Below are positions 1-10,978 of a stretch of DNA of 64,000 nt, piece by piece. The first letter of the stretch is position 1, and every line of letters begins with the position of its first letter. The DNA lies in contig CAVTRC010000001.1 in the NCBI GenBank assembly GCA_963737065.1, forward strand, positions 736,001 through 800,000. Direction: 5' to 3'. Origin of the DNA: Candidatus Eremiobacteria bacterium. GTDB lineage: Bacteria > Vulcanimicrobiota > Vulcanimicrobiia > Vulcanimicrobiales > Vulcanimicrobiaceae. A model generated the notes under the pieces. That model saw only the letters and a program-made list of their open reading frames with translations, had not been told where the DNA came from and did not search any database. The translations under genes were made by a program, and so were the position numbers.

Positions 1-245
1 AGCGAGCTGAAATTCATGTGCGAGCAGGTCTAATCGACGACAGGAAGGCGCCGGCTCGACGATGTTTTGCCGAAATTACGGCGGCTACGAGCGCGAATGT
101 CCCCGCATTGGTGGACGTTCGTTGGCTAAGTCAAAAACGTCCGCTAACCGAGCAGCATGAGTCGTCCCCGAAACCGCGTCAGAGAGGTGCAGAATGTCAT
201 CTGCAAGAGAACTGTGCGCGTTTCAGAACTACAAGAAAATTTGGT

Positions 246-875
246 TCAATGAGTAACGATTATTGTGATGGTATTTGATGGGTTGAGAAAACCAACGCTG
301 CCATTACCAAGAAAGATCGGTGCAGTTGTTACCTGTACGCTGTAGGTGCCTGGAGCGTTTATTTGAACGAAGTCTTCAAGGTTTAAATGTCTGATGATCG
401 CCTCACCGGGCTTGATCGGAAAGCCACTAGCGGAAGACGAGAAGGATTCCCCCTTCACGACTGGTTCCGGTCGCGGCGCTACAATGGCATTGCTTTCGGA
501 CCGCCTAACGGTGAATCGAAATCTATTTGCACTCACCGTGTCCGCATGTAGAACTCCGCTTGTGATGTTTCTGTACTCAACGACAAGACGAATCGGTTGA
601 CCCAAGCGAATTGTGGTGTCCGGTGCGTAGAGAGAAACAGCAAACCCTAGGCGCTGTGCGCCCGCTGGGTTTTGCGTAGCTGGAACTGCAGCATCGGCGA
701 CGTACCCGCGTATAGCCCTTGCAACGAGAAGCGCGAGAAGAAACGCAATTGTGGGCACGCGAGCCATTCTTCTAACCATTAGTAAACTCACAGTCCCATG
801 TGGGAAGCGTGCTGGTTTGAATGAGAGATGCCGGGAAGGACGTAACGACATTTTGCGCGGAGCCCCATACACCAT
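246..875 (-). CDS. Hypothetical secreted protein with Ig-like beta-sandwich domain (true start probably near 779)
   Basis: Hydrophobic segment PTIAFLLALLVA, then beta-rich pattern 'GQPIRLVVEYRN...IKPGE...APGTYSVQV...SNTITIIV'; region visibly more AT-rich. Confidence 0.55.
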   Translation of the reverse strand: MVYGAPRKMSLRPSRHLSFKPARFPHGTVSLLMVRRMARVPTIAFLLALLVARAIRGYVADAAVPATQNPAGAQRLGFAVSLYAPDTTIRLGQPIRLVVEYRNITSGVLHADTVSANRFRFTVRRSESNAIVAPRPEPVVKGESFSSSASGFPIKPGEAIIRHLNLEDFVQINAPGTYSVQVTTAPIFLGNGSVGFLNPSNTITIIVTH

Positions 876-929
876 TACCCTGCGAAGCGCCGTGGCGGTC
901 GCAATGTCCGTTACGAACGCGAGCGCCGA

Positions 930-1265
930 TCAGAATACGAAGTCATAGAAGTACCGGCCGCCGACAGGCGAGCACGATTGCGTTTCCGGTGTAAAGACGG
1001 TCGCGCGAGCAACTTGCAGTGCGACGGCGTCGACAATCGCGTCGCCGCTAGGCTGGGCGAGGGCGACCTGCGCCGGCCGTGCAAGATTCGGATCGATCGT
1101 GATTATTAATCTGGCCGTGCCGTGTTCACCGTATGCAAGAAGAATCGGGGGAAGCGTCGCGGGCTGAACACCCACGATGGCGGGCGTATCGGGCTGCGCA
1201 CACGCTGCGCCGTTCGCGGCCATCATTGATGTGCCCATGAGGAGGGCAAGTCCGAGCGTCAACAT
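930..1265 (-). CDS. Small secreted TonB C-terminal domain protein
   Basis: RBS AGAAAGGA before ATG 1265; signal peptide MLTLGLALLMG; TonB_C motif 'PSGDAIVDAVALQVARATVFTP'. Confidence 0.65.
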   Translation of the reverse strand: MLTLGLALLMGTSMMAANGAACAQPDTPAIVGVQPATLPPILLAYGEHGTARLIITIDPNLARPAQVALAQPSGDAIVDAVALQVARATVFTPETQSCSPVGGRYFYDFVF

Positions 1266-1467
1266 TGAACTGTCCTTTCTATCGCGTAGTGACCTCCATC
1301 GCACGGGTCCGCGCGTGCAGCGCAGGCCCATCTCCACTCGAACGCCATCATCGTAACGCGGCGACGATAAACGCGCATCAACGAACGTTCCAAAAAGAAT
1401 CAAAATGTCAGACGCGCGTCTCAACAACCGTTAAGTGTCACGGACGCTGGTAGAATCGTTGGAATCC

Positions 1468-2706
1468 TTACGCGGTCCACTCCAACATTCGTTCCCATTC
1501 GGGCTTCGGGAAGCGCTGTTTTGATTTAATCGCTTCGACGTACTTGCGTTTTCCGGCGCGGTTGCCCTTACCCAGCATGATCCCGCCGACGAGACGGTCG
1601 TCCCAAAAGAACAGCGCGCGATACCACTTCTTCTCGCGGTCGATCTTGCGCACCATCTCGAGTTGCGGTTGCAGGTCGGGAGAGAGACCGAACTGCGTGA
1701 TCGTCTGGCCCTTAAAGAGCAGCGACGAATATTCGGGCACGTCGTGATATTTTTCACTGCCGCCCATCATGTTCTGCGCGACGACCTTCCCGTGCGCGCC
1801 TGCGTTGTTCCACGTGCCCATCCGATAGCGCATCTCGAGAATCGGATCGTAGAAGTCCGCAACATCGCCCGCCGCAAAGATGCCCTTGACGTTCGTCTCC
1901 AGGTGATCGTCACAGAGAATGCCGTTGCGGCTCACTTCGATGTCCGTATCGCGCACGAGCTCCGTGTTCATTGTGAGACCGAATCCGACACCGTAGCAAT
2001 CGGCCGCGATCTCTAGCCCTCGTTTGGTGCGGACCTTCGTAACGACGCCGTTCGAGCGAACGAACTCCGCCACTTCATCGCCGTAGTGCATCTGCACGCC
2101 GTCGTTCTCCGCCGCGTCGTGCACGAATTCGCCCGCCACGTCGTCGAGAAGGCGATGCAGCACGCGCGGTCCTCGCAACAGCCAATGCGTCTCGACCTTA
2201 CGCGCGGCGAAAGCTTCAGCGAGTTCGTACGCGATGAACGACCCGCCGATTGCAACGGCCGCTTTCGACCGGTCGATCTGCTCGGAAATCGCGCGCGTGT
2301 CGTCAAGGTATTGAAAATTGTAAACGTTCGCTGCTTCGGTGCAGCCCGGCGCGGGACACGGATTCGGACGGCCGCCGGTCGCAATCAGTAGCGCGTCGAA
2401 CGGGTATTCGCGACCGTCGGCGACCACCGTGCGCTCGGTGGAGTTCACGCGGTCCACCCGCGTGCGCAGCCTCAGGTCGATCCGATGCTCTTCGTGCCAG
2501 GCAATGGTTCGCATCATCACCTTCTCTTCCGGCAGTTGCTTGCGCAACATCGGAGGCAGCGAGATGCGATTGTACAACGGATACGGTTCGTCACCGAAGA
2601 GCACGATCTCGCATGCGCCGTCATGCTTGCGAAGTTGTTCGGCGGCCGTCGTTCCGGCAAAGCCATTCCCCACGATGACATATCGCCGAGCGTCGGAATA
2701 CGGCAT
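1468..2706 (-). CDS. FAD/NAD(P)-dependent oxidoreductase (ferredoxin/rubredoxin reductase-like)
   Basis: GNGFAG FAD motif, LLIATGG, IGGSFIAYE, IFAAGDVA. Confidence 0.9.
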   Translation of the reverse strand: MPYSDARRYVIVGNGFAGTTAAEQLRKHDGACEIVLFGDEPYPLYNRISLPPMLRKQLPEEKVMMRTIAWHEEHRIDLRLRTRVDRVNSTERTVVADGREYPFDALLIATGGRPNPCPAPGCTEAANVYNFQYLDDTRAISEQIDRSKAAVAIGGSFIAYELAEAFAARKVETHWLLRGPRVLHRLLDDVAGEFVHDAAENDGVQMHYGDEVAEFVRSNGVVTKVRTKRGLEIAADCYGVGFGLTMNTELVRDTDIEVSRNGILCDDHLETNVKGIFAAGDVADFYDPILEMRYRMGTWNNAGAHGKVVAQNMMGGSEKYHDVPEYSSLLFKGQTITQFGLSPDLQPQLEMVRKIDREKKWYRALFFWDDRLVGGIMLGKGNRAGKRKYVEAIKSKQRFPKPEWERMLEWTA

Positions 2707-2717
2707 AATAGCGCTAT

Positions 2718-3065
2718 ATGGACGTTCGGTTGGTGCAACTCCTGGGTTCGTTCATCCGCGCGCGCAGTGACTACGCGCTCGCGCGCCTCGAGTGCGCCAT
2801 GCTCGACGACGCCACGCCCGCGCCGCCGATGATCGATCGACTCGTCGACGCGTCCGAAACGACGCTACGCCTGCAGTGGCCGCTCGTCGAACGCCAACTC
2901 GAGCGCGCGCTGGAGTACGGCAAGTCACTTAGACGCACGAAGGAACGCACCTATCAGCGTGACCCGCGATATCGCGCGCTCGAACGATCGTTACGCGAAC
3001 TCGATCAGTACGCCCGCGCGATCCGCTGGGTGCTGACCGTTACGGAAAGCGAAGACCCGACATAG
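2718..3065 (+). CDS. Hypothetical helical protein
   Basis: 115-aa ORF filling the gap between two minus-strand genes; coiled-coil-like. Confidence 0.55.
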   Translation: MDVRLVQLLGSFIRARSDYALARLECAMLDDATPAPPMIDRLVDASETTLRLQWPLVERQLERALEYGKSLRRTKERTYQRDPRYRALERSLRELDQYARAIRWVLTVTESEDPT

Positions 3066-3073
3066 CAGCGCAA

Positions 3074-4240
3074 TCAGCCGTGTAACGCCAGGCCCGTCAT
3101 CATGCGAAACCCCACGTCGAGCGCGCGTTCGTCCATGTCGTAACGCGGGCTGTGCTGCGGTTCGTGTCCAAGCTGTGCGCCGCGTACGCCGACGATAAAG
3201 TACGCGCCCGGCCGCTGCTCGATCATGTACGACATATCTTCGGCCCACATGACGACGTCATGCGGATAGACCACATTCTCTTCGCCGATCGTACGAGCGG
3301 CGACGTCGCGAACGATTTCGTTCATTGCCGGATCGTTCACCGTCGGCGGGTAGCCCCAAACGTATTCGAATTCGTACCGCAGCCGCATCGCTTCGGCTAG
3401 TCCTGCCGTCATTCGCTCCAACCGCTGCGGAATCGAACGGCGCACGGCGTCTTCGAATGCGCGCGTTGTTCCGAGCATTTCTGCGTAGTCCGGAATGACG
3501 TTGAAGGTCGTGCCCGAGTGCATCGCGCCGACCGTTACGACGACGGGATCTTTCGGAGCGATCTCGCGACTCGCGATCGTTTGAAACATCGTGACGAGTT
3601 GCGAAGCGGCTACGATGGGATCGACCGACGTTTGCGGCATCGCGCCATGGCCGCCGTTGCCGCGTAAGACGAGTTTGAAACGATCGGAAGACGCAAAGAA
3701 GGGACCGTCGCGCACACCGATCTTTCCGACCTCGAGCCCGCTATAGAGGTGCAGCGCGAAGCAGCGATCGACATGCGGCTCCTCGAGCGCGCCGTCGTCG
3801 ATCATCGCTTTGTTGCCTGCCGGACCCTCTTCGGCCGGCTGAAAACAAAAGACGATCGTTCCCGCAATCCGATCGCGCATACGCGACAATGCTCGCGCGC
3901 TGCTCAAAAGAATCGCGACGTGTCCGTCGTGCCCGCAGGCGTGCATCGCGCCTTTGCGCGTCGAACGGTACGGGACGTCCGCCGTCTCGTCCATCGGCAA
4001 TGCGTCCATGTCGGCGCGTAAGAGGGTAACGGGGCCAGGACGTTTCCCGTTCAGCGTCGCGAGGACACCCGTTTTGCCCATGCCGGTGCGAATCTCGTCG
4101 AAGCCGCCGTCGCGCAGCTCGTGGACGATGAACGCAGCGGTTTCGTGCTCTTCAAACGAGAGCTCGGGATGCGCGTGAAAATGACGGCGATAACCGATGA
4201 GTTCTTCGCGCGGAACGTCGACGCCGGCTGTGCTCAACAT
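3074..4240 (-). CDS. M20D family amidohydrolase
   Basis: RRHFHAHPELSFEE, LRADMDALP, MHACGHDGH, FQPAEEG, GGHGAMP. Confidence 0.95.
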   Translation of the reverse strand: MLSTAGVDVPREELIGYRRHFHAHPELSFEEHETAAFIVHELRDGGFDEIRTGMGKTGVLATLNGKRPGPVTLLRADMDALPMDETADVPYRSTRKGAMHACGHDGHVAILLSSARALSRMRDRIAGTIVFCFQPAEEGPAGNKAMIDDGALEEPHVDRCFALHLYSGLEVGKIGVRDGPFFASSDRFKLVLRGNGGHGAMPQTSVDPIVAASQLVTMFQTIASREIAPKDPVVVTVGAMHSGTTFNVIPDYAEMLGTTRAFEDAVRRSIPQRLERMTAGLAEAMRLRYEFEYVWGYPPTVNDPAMNEIVRDVAARTIGEENVVYPHDVVMWAEDMSYMIEQRPGAYFIVGVRGAQLGHEPQHSPRYDMDERALDVGFRMMTGLALHG

Positions 4241-4322
4241 CGCTGCGGTATTACGCCTCCATATCGTCGGCACCTAGAGAAAGGCGATTGCCGTCAACAT
4301 GCCGCGGCAGTACCATAGCGGA

Positions 4323-5429
4323 ATGGAAATCGATTCGAGCATCACCCGCGCCTTGAAAGTCCTTGCAATTGCGGCGCTATCGATCGGGCTGTTGATGCTT
4401 TTCGTTGAAGCGCTTCGTCTACTCGGAACGAGCGGCCTCGTCATCCTCGCCTCGATCGTGATCGCGTACTTGATAGCTCCGATCGTCGGTGTGCTGCGAC
4501 GCCGGATGCCGATGTGGGCGGCGCTGCTCGTCACGTATGTGGGGTTCGCCGCGGTCGTGCTGGTTGCGTTCTTCGCGATCGTGCCGCCGCTGTTCAACGA
4601 GGCACGTTCGCTGATCTCCGATCTGCCCGCCGCGTTTACGTACTTGCAAAACGAGATTCTCAATCCCAAAAACCCGTTCGTCGCCAAACTTCCGCCGGCC
4701 GTTATCGAACAAATCAAAACGTTGCCGTCGCAAATTAATGCGTTCGTTGCAAAGTACGGGTTCGGCGTCGCGCAGGCGACGATCGGCGGTTTGTTCTCCG
4801 TCGTAACGCTGTTCTTGTCGCTGATCATCGTTCCGGTATTGTCCGCGTACTTCTTTTTCGACACGGCGGAGATAAAACGTGGATTCTTGGGCATCGTTCC
4901 GCGTGCCGCGCGGCCGCGGACGGCCGCAATCCTTGCGGATCTGAACACTACGCTGGGCGCGTTCGTGCGTGGCCAAGCACTCGATGGGTTGATCCTCGGC
5001 GCATTGATCGCAATCATGCTAGCAATCATGCACGTTCGCTACGCGCTCCTCATCGGTGTAGCGTGCGGAATTTTGAACCTCATTCCGTATGTCGGCGCGC
5101 TGATCGGCTTCGTTCCCGCAGTTGTGCTTGCACTCGTCTTCAACGGCTGGCAAAATGCGGTCATCGTCGCGATTCTCTTCTGCGTCATTCAGCAACTCGA
5201 CGGAAATGTGATCTTGCCGCGCGTGATGAAAGGCAGCGTGCAACTCTCGCCGCTCGTCATCATCATCGCGATCTTGATCGGTTCGGCATATTTCGGCGTC
5301 ATCGGGACGTTTCTCGCCGTTCCTGTCGCGGCGATACTGCGCGTGCTAAAGCTTCACTTCGCGCCCGCGCCGACGCCCGCACAACTAGCCACCGACGAAA
5401 AGCGCGTCACGGCGCTCGAACTGCTCTAG
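4323..5429 (+). CDS. AI-2E family (PerM-like) transporter
   Basis: Multi-TM; FVRGQ, LNLIPYVG, QQLDGNVILPRVM, LAVPVAAIL. Confidence 0.92.
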   Translation: MEIDSSITRALKVLAIAALSIGLLMLFVEALRLLGTSGLVILASIVIAYLIAPIVGVLRRRMPMWAALLVTYVGFAAVVLVAFFAIVPPLFNEARSLISDLPAAFTYLQNEILNPKNPFVAKLPPAVIEQIKTLPSQINAFVAKYGFGVAQATIGGLFSVVTLFLSLIIVPVLSAYFFFDTAEIKRGFLGIVPRAARPRTAAILADLNTTLGAFVRGQALDGLILGALIAIMLAIMHVRYALLIGVACGILNLIPYVGALIGFVPAVVLALVFNGWQNAVIVAILFCVIQQLDGNVILPRVMKGSVQLSPLVIIIAILIGSAYFGVIGTFLAVPVAAILRVLKLHFAPAPTPAQLATDEKRVTALELL

Positions 5430-8400
5430 GTTGTGGCTACCGGGCAGAATAATGCCCGCCAGATTGAGCGGATCGTACGCCGTCACGGCTGATAGTTCGC
5501 TCTCATCGTGATTACGTCGCGATGCGCGCAATGCATCGACCGCCTCGGGAAGCGCAAACTGTTCGCCGACATACCCGCTGACAAACCGTCCGCCGCGCAC
5601 TTCGCCGCGCGCTTCCATGCGGCGCAGCGCAAGCAGCAACTCGCGCCACCGGGGTGCGAGCGTTTCGCGCGCCACGACGTCGCGGAATACGATACCCCAT
5701 CGCTTGAGCAAACGGCGAGCGAACGTGTCGGCGTCGATTTTTTCCGTCGCGGAATCGATGCACGCCCACCGGCCCCCCGAGGATCGTGGCCGCGCGCGCA
5801 AGCCTTTTTCGCCAAGACGGCGCTTAGCGTCGATGAGCGAGCGCAGCGCATCGAAGCCATCGGCGGTCACGAGCCCGGCCGCGACCAACTGCCACAGCGC
5901 TTCTTCGACTTCCGCCGGAAGCCGTTTGGTCCCGCGAACGATATCGGCGAAGAACGGTGCACCCTTACGCGCAATTTCTTCGAACACGTCTTGCGCTGCG
6001 GGCGAAAGACCGCTCGTTTTGAACTCGTTGCGAACGATCAGTTCGTGCGCATGTTCACGCGTGAAGAGCGAAATCGGCGCCAGCTTCGTTGGACGCACGC
6101 GACGTTGCGCTTCGTTTGCCGGATCGAGCGCCGGGTGCGGCGAGAGCCGTCCCCACATCACTTCGCCCGAATAGCACAAATGATCGAGGAACTCGCGCCG
6201 GTAGTTCGCGACGCGGGACGGAAGAATCTGCGCTTCCCATGCCGCGGCTGGAATCTCGTAACCTTCCAACTGGCGAATCACCTGCAACGTGCCGTCGACA
6301 CCGTGCAATCGAGCAAGAGGCGCGACGTGTTGCCAGGAGTGCAAAAAGCGAACGAACTGCGCCGACGTGACCGGTTCGATTTCCCGCCGCAGTTGTCCAA
6401 TCGTACGTCGATGAATGCGCGCGATTACCCGCCGGTTACACCACTCTTCTTCCGGGCCGAGAAAACGCCCGCGCAACACCTGGCCTTGCGTTTCGAGGCG
6501 AAGCAACGCCGCTTCGACGTCTGCCGGTTCGATCGCGAGACGCTCCGCGATCGAAAGCGACGTCGCAGGACCGGTCGATTCCATCCACCCGCGCAGGATT
6601 TCAGCGACCGCTTCCTCTTGCGACTGCGCCGCACGTTCGCTCGTCACGGCAGCGATCTGCGGATCGAACGTCGCATCGGGATACGCCAAGCGCGCGATAT
6701 CGAGCCGCTCGGCGCTCGTCCAGAACGGCGCGCCGCGTGTCGCGAGCGTCGTGGCACGATGCTGCGCCACGAGCTCGTCGTAGAACGGCCGCCAGTCGCT
6801 GCACGGCGGCGCGACGACGAGCGTTGCAAGCGCATCGTGCAGTTCGTCCGCGTCTCGCACGATCGGCCACGACTCTTCCGCGACCTCCGCGATGATCGCT
6901 CCGTCCAGAATTCCCGCGCCGTCGACGTCGTCGCGAATCGTGCGGCGTAATTGAACGGCGCGCGCGCGCCGTTCCTCGAGCGGCGCATCATCGAGGTACG
7001 CATATGGATTCGCATTGAGAATCTCGTGACAGAACGGCGAGGGTTCCGGCGTATCAACCCCTACGGTTCGTATTACGCCGCTCTCTATCCGGCGCAGGAT
7101 GTCGAGCAAGCCGTCGAGATCCATCGCCTCGTGCAGACAATTACCGATCGTTTCCCGCACGAGCACGTGGTTGGGGATCCGAATCGGCCCGCTCAAGTTT
7201 TCAGCGCACGCCGCTTGATCGGGAAACACGGCCGCGACGAGGTCGTCGGCGCGCATCCGTTGCAGTTGCGGCGGCACTTTGCGTCCGCCGCGCATGCGCG
7301 TGATCGCGAGCGCGCGCGTCGCGTTCCACCGCCAGCGCGCACCGAACATCGGCGCGGCGAGCAAGGCCTGCGTCAACGCGTACTCGACGCTCGTGGACTT
7401 GACGTATTCGAAGACCACGTCCAGCGGAAACGCGTGCTGCTCCGTGAGCGATAAGACGATGCCGTTGTCCGTTGCGGCCGCTTGCAGCTCGACGTTGAAC
7501 GAACGGCAAAACCGCTTGCGCAGCGCGAGACCCCACGCGCGATTGACCCGCGCACCGAATGGCGTGTGCAGAATCAGCTGCATGCCGCCGCCTTCATCGA
7601 AAAATCGTTCGGCAACCAACGTCTCATCGGTCGGCACGACGCCGAGAATCTTTTTGCCCGCGCGCACATACGCGATGAGCTGGTCGGCACCCCCATCCTC
7701 GAGCGCGCATTCCGTGATGAGAAACTCGCGTGCATCGGCGTCGCCTCGTTCGTCGATCGCCCGGCGCACGCAGCTCACTTCGTGCGAAAGCTCGAGCGTG
7801 CGTCCGGGACCTTCACCGTTCCAGAACGGCACCGTCGGCGGCGCGCCGTGCGCGTCTTCAACGCGGACCACGCCGGGTTCGACGCGGCGAATTCGCCACG
7901 AGTTCGTTCCAAGCATGAAGATATCGCCCGCTAGGCTTTCCACGGCGAAATCTTCATCGAGCGTTCCGACGATGTGCCCGTCCGGCTCCGCGACGACGTT
8001 GTAATTCGCAGTTTCGGGGATTGCTCCGCCGGAGGTGATCGCGGCCATTCGCGCACCGCGCCGTCCGCGCAACCGCCCGTTGACCCGGTCGTAATGCAGA
8101 TACGCGCCGCTTCGGCCACGCGAGGTCGCAACGCCGTCGGCGAGCATGTCGATGACATCGTCGAAGTCTTTCCGCTCTAAATCGCGATACGGATATGCAC
8201 TTCGAACAAGACCGTACAAATCGTCTGCAATCCATTCGCCGGCACCGCACGCGGCGACGATGTGCTGCGCCAAAATGTCGAGCGGCGACGATGGAATCTT
8301 CAGTGTGTCCATCGCGCCGTTGCGAATCGCGCGCACGAGCGCCGCGCATTCCAGCAAGTCGTCACGCGTTGTGGGAAAGAAACGGCCCTCCGGTTTTGCG

Positions 8401-9494
8401 CCGACCCAGTGCCCCGAACGCCCAATGCGTTGCAATGCAACCGCAATCGAACGCGTGCTTCCGAGTTGGACGACGAGATCGACCGACCCGATATCGATCC
8501 CGAGTTCCAACGAGGCAGTCGCGACGACCGCCTTCAACTCGCCGTTCTTCAGCCGGTTTTCGGCCTCGAATCGCTTCTCTTTCGCTAAGCTCCCATGATG
8601 CGGGAGAACGGCATTCACGCCCAAACGCTCCGAAAGCGCGAAGGCAACGCGTTCGCTCATCCGCCGCGTGCCGACGAACACGAGCGTCGTGCGATTGGCG
8701 AGGATCAATTCCGCGACGCGATCGTACGTCTCGCCCCACAGTTCATTGCTCGCCACCGGGCCCAGCTCGTCTTTCGGCACTTCGATCGCAAGTGTCATCG
8801 GCCGCCGGCTACCAATGTCGAGGACGCGGGCGTCCCGGCTCAAGAATTCTGCGACGTCTTCCAACGGACGTACCGTCGCCGACAGCCCGATCCGTTGCGG
8901 CTTCCGTCCGGATCTCTCTTGAACGAGCGCATCCAGCCGCGCGAGCGTGAGCGCGAGATGCGATCCGCGCTTGTCGGCGACCATCGCGTGAATCTCGTCG
9001 ACGATGACGGTCGACACGTTGGTAAACAATGCGCGCGACTTCTCTGCCGTCAACAGAATGAAGAGTGATTCGGGCGTCGTCACGAGCACGTGGGGCGGTT
9101 TGCGCAGCATGCGTTGACGCTCCACCGTCGTCGTATCGCCCGTCCGGACGGCGGTACGAATCGGCGGAAGTTCGAGGCCTTGCTGACCGGCGAGCGCGTA
9201 AATTTCACCGAGCGGCGTCTCGAGATTCTTGTGAATGTCGTTCGTCAGCGCTTTGAGCGGCGATACGTACACGACGCGCGTTTCATCGAGGAGCGTTCCC
9301 TCCGCCGCACGAGCGACCAGCTCGTCGAGGCAAATCGAAAACGCAGCAAGCGTTTTCCCCGAGCCGGTCGGCGCGGAAATCAAGACGTCTTGGCCACCGC
9401 GAATAACCGGCCAGCCTTGAAGTTGCGGCTCCGTCGGTCTGCCGTACCGCGTGCCGAACCACTCGCGTATGAGCGGGTGGAATGCGTCGATCAT
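5385..9494 (-). CDS. lhr: Lhr-family DEAD/DEAH-box helicase
   Basis: APTGSGKT, YVSPLKAL, RTGDT, DEIH, GLSAT, HHGSL, LELGIDIG, QRIGRSGH; C-terminal winged-helix region 'RGGRFV'. Confidence 0.93.
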   Translation of the reverse strand: MIDAFHPLIREWFGTRYGRPTEPQLQGWPVIRGGQDVLISAPTGSGKTLAAFSICLDELVARAAEGTLLDETRVVYVSPLKALTNDIHKNLETPLGEIYALAGQQGLELPPIRTAVRTGDTTTVERQRMLRKPPHVLVTTPESLFILLTAEKSRALFTNVSTVIVDEIHAMVADKRGSHLALTLARLDALVQERSGRKPQRIGLSATVRPLEDVAEFLSRDARVLDIGSRRPMTLAIEVPKDELGPVASNELWGETYDRVAELILANRTTLVFVGTRRMSERVAFALSERLGVNAVLPHHGSLAKEKRFEAENRLKNGELKAVVATASLELGIDIGSVDLVVQLGSTRSIAVALQRIGRSGHWVGAKPEGRFFPTTRDDLLECAALVRAIRNGAMDTLKIPSSPLDILAQHIVAACGAGEWIADDLYGLVRSAYPYRDLERKDFDDVIDMLADGVATSRGRSGAYLHYDRVNGRLRGRRGARMAAITSGGAIPETANYNVVAEPDGHIVGTLDEDFAVESLAGDIFMLGTNSWRIRRVEPGVVRVEDAHGAPPTVPFWNGEGPGRTLELSHEVSCVRRAIDERGDADAREFLITECALEDGGADQLIAYVRAGKKILGVVPTDETLVAERFFDEGGGMQLILHTPFGARVNRAWGLALRKRFCRSFNVELQAAATDNGIVLSLTEQHAFPLDVVFEYVKSTSVEYALTQALLAAPMFGARWRWNATRALAITRMRGGRKVPPQLQRMRADDLVAAVFPDQAACAENLSGPIRIPNHVLVRETIGNCLHEAMDLDGLLDILRRIESGVIRTVGVDTPEPSPFCHEILNANPYAYLDDAPLEERRARAVQLRRTIRDDVDGAGILDGAIIAEVAEESWPIVRDADELHDALATLVVAPPCSDWRPFYDELVAQHRATTLATRGAPFWTSAERLDIARLAYPDATFDPQIAAVTSERAAQSQEEAVAEILRGWMESTGPATSLSIAERLAIEPADVEAALLRLETQGQVLRGRFLGPEEEWCNRRVIARIHRRTIGQLRREIEPVTSAQFVRFLHSWQHVAPLARLHGVDGTLQVIRQLEGYEIPAAAWEAQILPSRVANYRREFLDHLCYSGEVMWGRLSPHPALDPANEAQRRVRPTKLAPISLFTREHAHELIVRNEFKTSGLSPAAQDVFEEIARKGAPFFADIVRGTKRLPAEVEEALWQLVAAGLVTADGFDALRSLIDAKRRLGEKGLRARPRSSGGRWACIDSATEKIDADTFARRLLKRWGIVFRDVVARETLAPRWRELLLALRRMEARGEVRGGRFVSGYVGEQFALPEAVDALRASRRNHDESELSAVTAYDPLNLAGIILPGSHNLEQFERRDALFVGG

Positions 9495-9575
9495 CGTCTT
9501 CCCTTCGACACCGCGGGGCGTTCGACGGTTGCCGAATGTCGCTTGCTATGAGCGGCCACCCGGCGACGCGCGCAC

Positions 9576-10010
9576 TTACTTCAGCGGCGTCATCGTTTCG
9601 GGTCCCATGCCGTCAATTTGGATGACGGTCTCTTCCTTGACCATCGCGTAGTGCGGAAGATTCGCCGGAACGCTTACGAAGGTGCCGGCGGGCAACGCCT
9701 TCATTTGGTTTTGATCCTCCGTCTTTCCCAAGCCGACCCACAACGTTCCGGAGATGACCGTGACGTTTTCCGTATCACCGTGAACGTGGGGCGGTAACTT
9801 GGCGCCGGCGGGCAGCTTTAGACGCATGATGTAGATGCCGCTCTTCGTCGGGTCACCGAGGAGCACGGCCATCTGCGCTCCCTGGTATCCGCCGGTGCCG
9901 GCGACCCAATTCGTGGCGTCCGGTGTCGTGATTGCGGGCCCCGTTGCGGCGAGCGACGTGCCGGCAAATACGGCGACCAGCGAGGCGAGAAAAATCACAA
10001 AAACGCGCAT
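9576..10010 (-). CDS. Secreted cupin-domain protein (DUF4437-like)
   Basis: Signal peptide; 'LLGDP..SG.Y.MRLKLP', PPHVH...E..TVISG, PANLPH. Confidence 0.85.
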   Translation of the reverse strand: MRVFVIFLASLVAVFAGTSLAATGPAITTPDATNWVAGTGGYQGAQMAVLLGDPTKSGIYIMRLKLPAGAKLPPHVHGDTENVTVISGTLWVGLGKTEDQNQMKALPAGTFVSVPANLPHYAMVKEETVIQIDGMGPETMTPLK

Positions 10011-10093
10011 GCGTTACACCTCCGAAGGGATGACCCATCGTATGACAACGCGGAGAGTCCCTGAAGAAGGAAACGAAATTCGAGCGCGATTGG

Positions 10094-10978
10094 CTAATTC
10101 GACGAGCCCGCGAACACGCGGCTTTTCAGAAGGTCGTCGGGCGCTAGCGTCATCAAGTCGGTGCGCGTAATTTCGCCTTCGCGATCGAACAGCCGATTCG
10201 CTGCGCGCAAACGGGCGCGGTCGATCGCGTTGCGCACGCTGCGCGCGTTGGCGAAGTTCGGCTGGCGCACCCGGCGCTCGAGGTAGTCGCGAAAAATTCG
10301 TTCCGTTTCCGGTGCGAATTCGTAATTCAGTTGGCGCAGCATCACATGCGCGATGGCGACGAGTTCCTCGATCGTGTAATCCGGGAAATCGATGTGATGA
10401 GCAACTCGCGATCGTAGCCCTGGATTTGCCGTGAAGAATTGCTCCATGCCGCGTTTGTATCCGGCAAAGACGACTACCAGATCGTCGCGTTGCTCCTCCA
10501 TCACTTGGAGTAAGATTTCAATCGCCTCGATGCCGTAGTCGCGCTCGTTTTCCGGCCGGTACAAATAGTACGCTTCGTCGATGAACAGCACGCCGCCCAT
10601 CGCGCGCTTCAAGACTTCCTTCGTCTTCGGCGCCGTATGTCCGACGTATTGTCCGACTAAGTCGTCGCGCGTCGCGACGACGACGTGTCCTTTTCGAACG
10701 TAACCCAGCGCGGCGAGGACCTGCGCCACGCGTAGCGCAACGGTCGTTTTTCCGGTTCCGGGCGGCCCCGTGAACGACATGTGGAGCGGAACCTTCTGCG
10801 TGGCGAGCCCGGCGTCACGGCGCATTCGCTCGACGAGCAAGAGATGAGCGATCTCGCGTATTCGCGTCTTCACCGGCACAAGGCCGACTAACTCGTCGTC
10901 GAGTTGTGCCAGCACATTGCCGACGCCCGACTCGGCAAACACGGCCTTTAGGTCGAAGCGGCGTTCATTCTGAATCAT
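10094..10978 (-). CDS. cbbX: RuBisCO activase CbbX (AAA+)
   Basis: [73 protein letters not shown]. Confidence 0.97.
   Translation of the reverse strand: MIQNERRFDLKAVFAESGVGNVLAQLDDELVGLVPVKTRIREIAHLLLVERMRRDAGLATQKVPLHMSFTGPPGTGKTTVALRVAQVLAALGYVRKGHVVVATRDDLVGQYVGHTAPKTKEVLKRAMGGVLFIDEAYYLYRPENERDYGIEAIEILLQVMEEQRDDLVVVFAGYKRGMEQFFTANPGLRSRVAHHIDFPDYTIEELVAIAHVMLRQLNYEFAPETERIFRDYLERRVRQPNFANARSVRNAIDRARLRAANRLFDREGEITRTDLMTLAPDDLLKSRVFAGSSN

Noticed and set aside
5508..6950. 480-aa plus-strand ORF, and similar long antisense ORFs (e.g. 33161-34003, 51125-52198, 52026-52967, 62866-63879)
   Set aside because: Shadow frames of well-supported opposite-strand genes in GC-rich DNA; no recognisable motifs
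5385..9494. Lhr helicase as part of an anti-phage system
   Set aside because: Stand-alone typical Lhr with no nuclease, methylase or other defence genes adjacent
9576..10010. Cupin gene as part of the cbbLSX operon
   Set aside because: Has its own RBS, an 83-nt gap and a signal peptide; no evidence of a RuBisCO-related function
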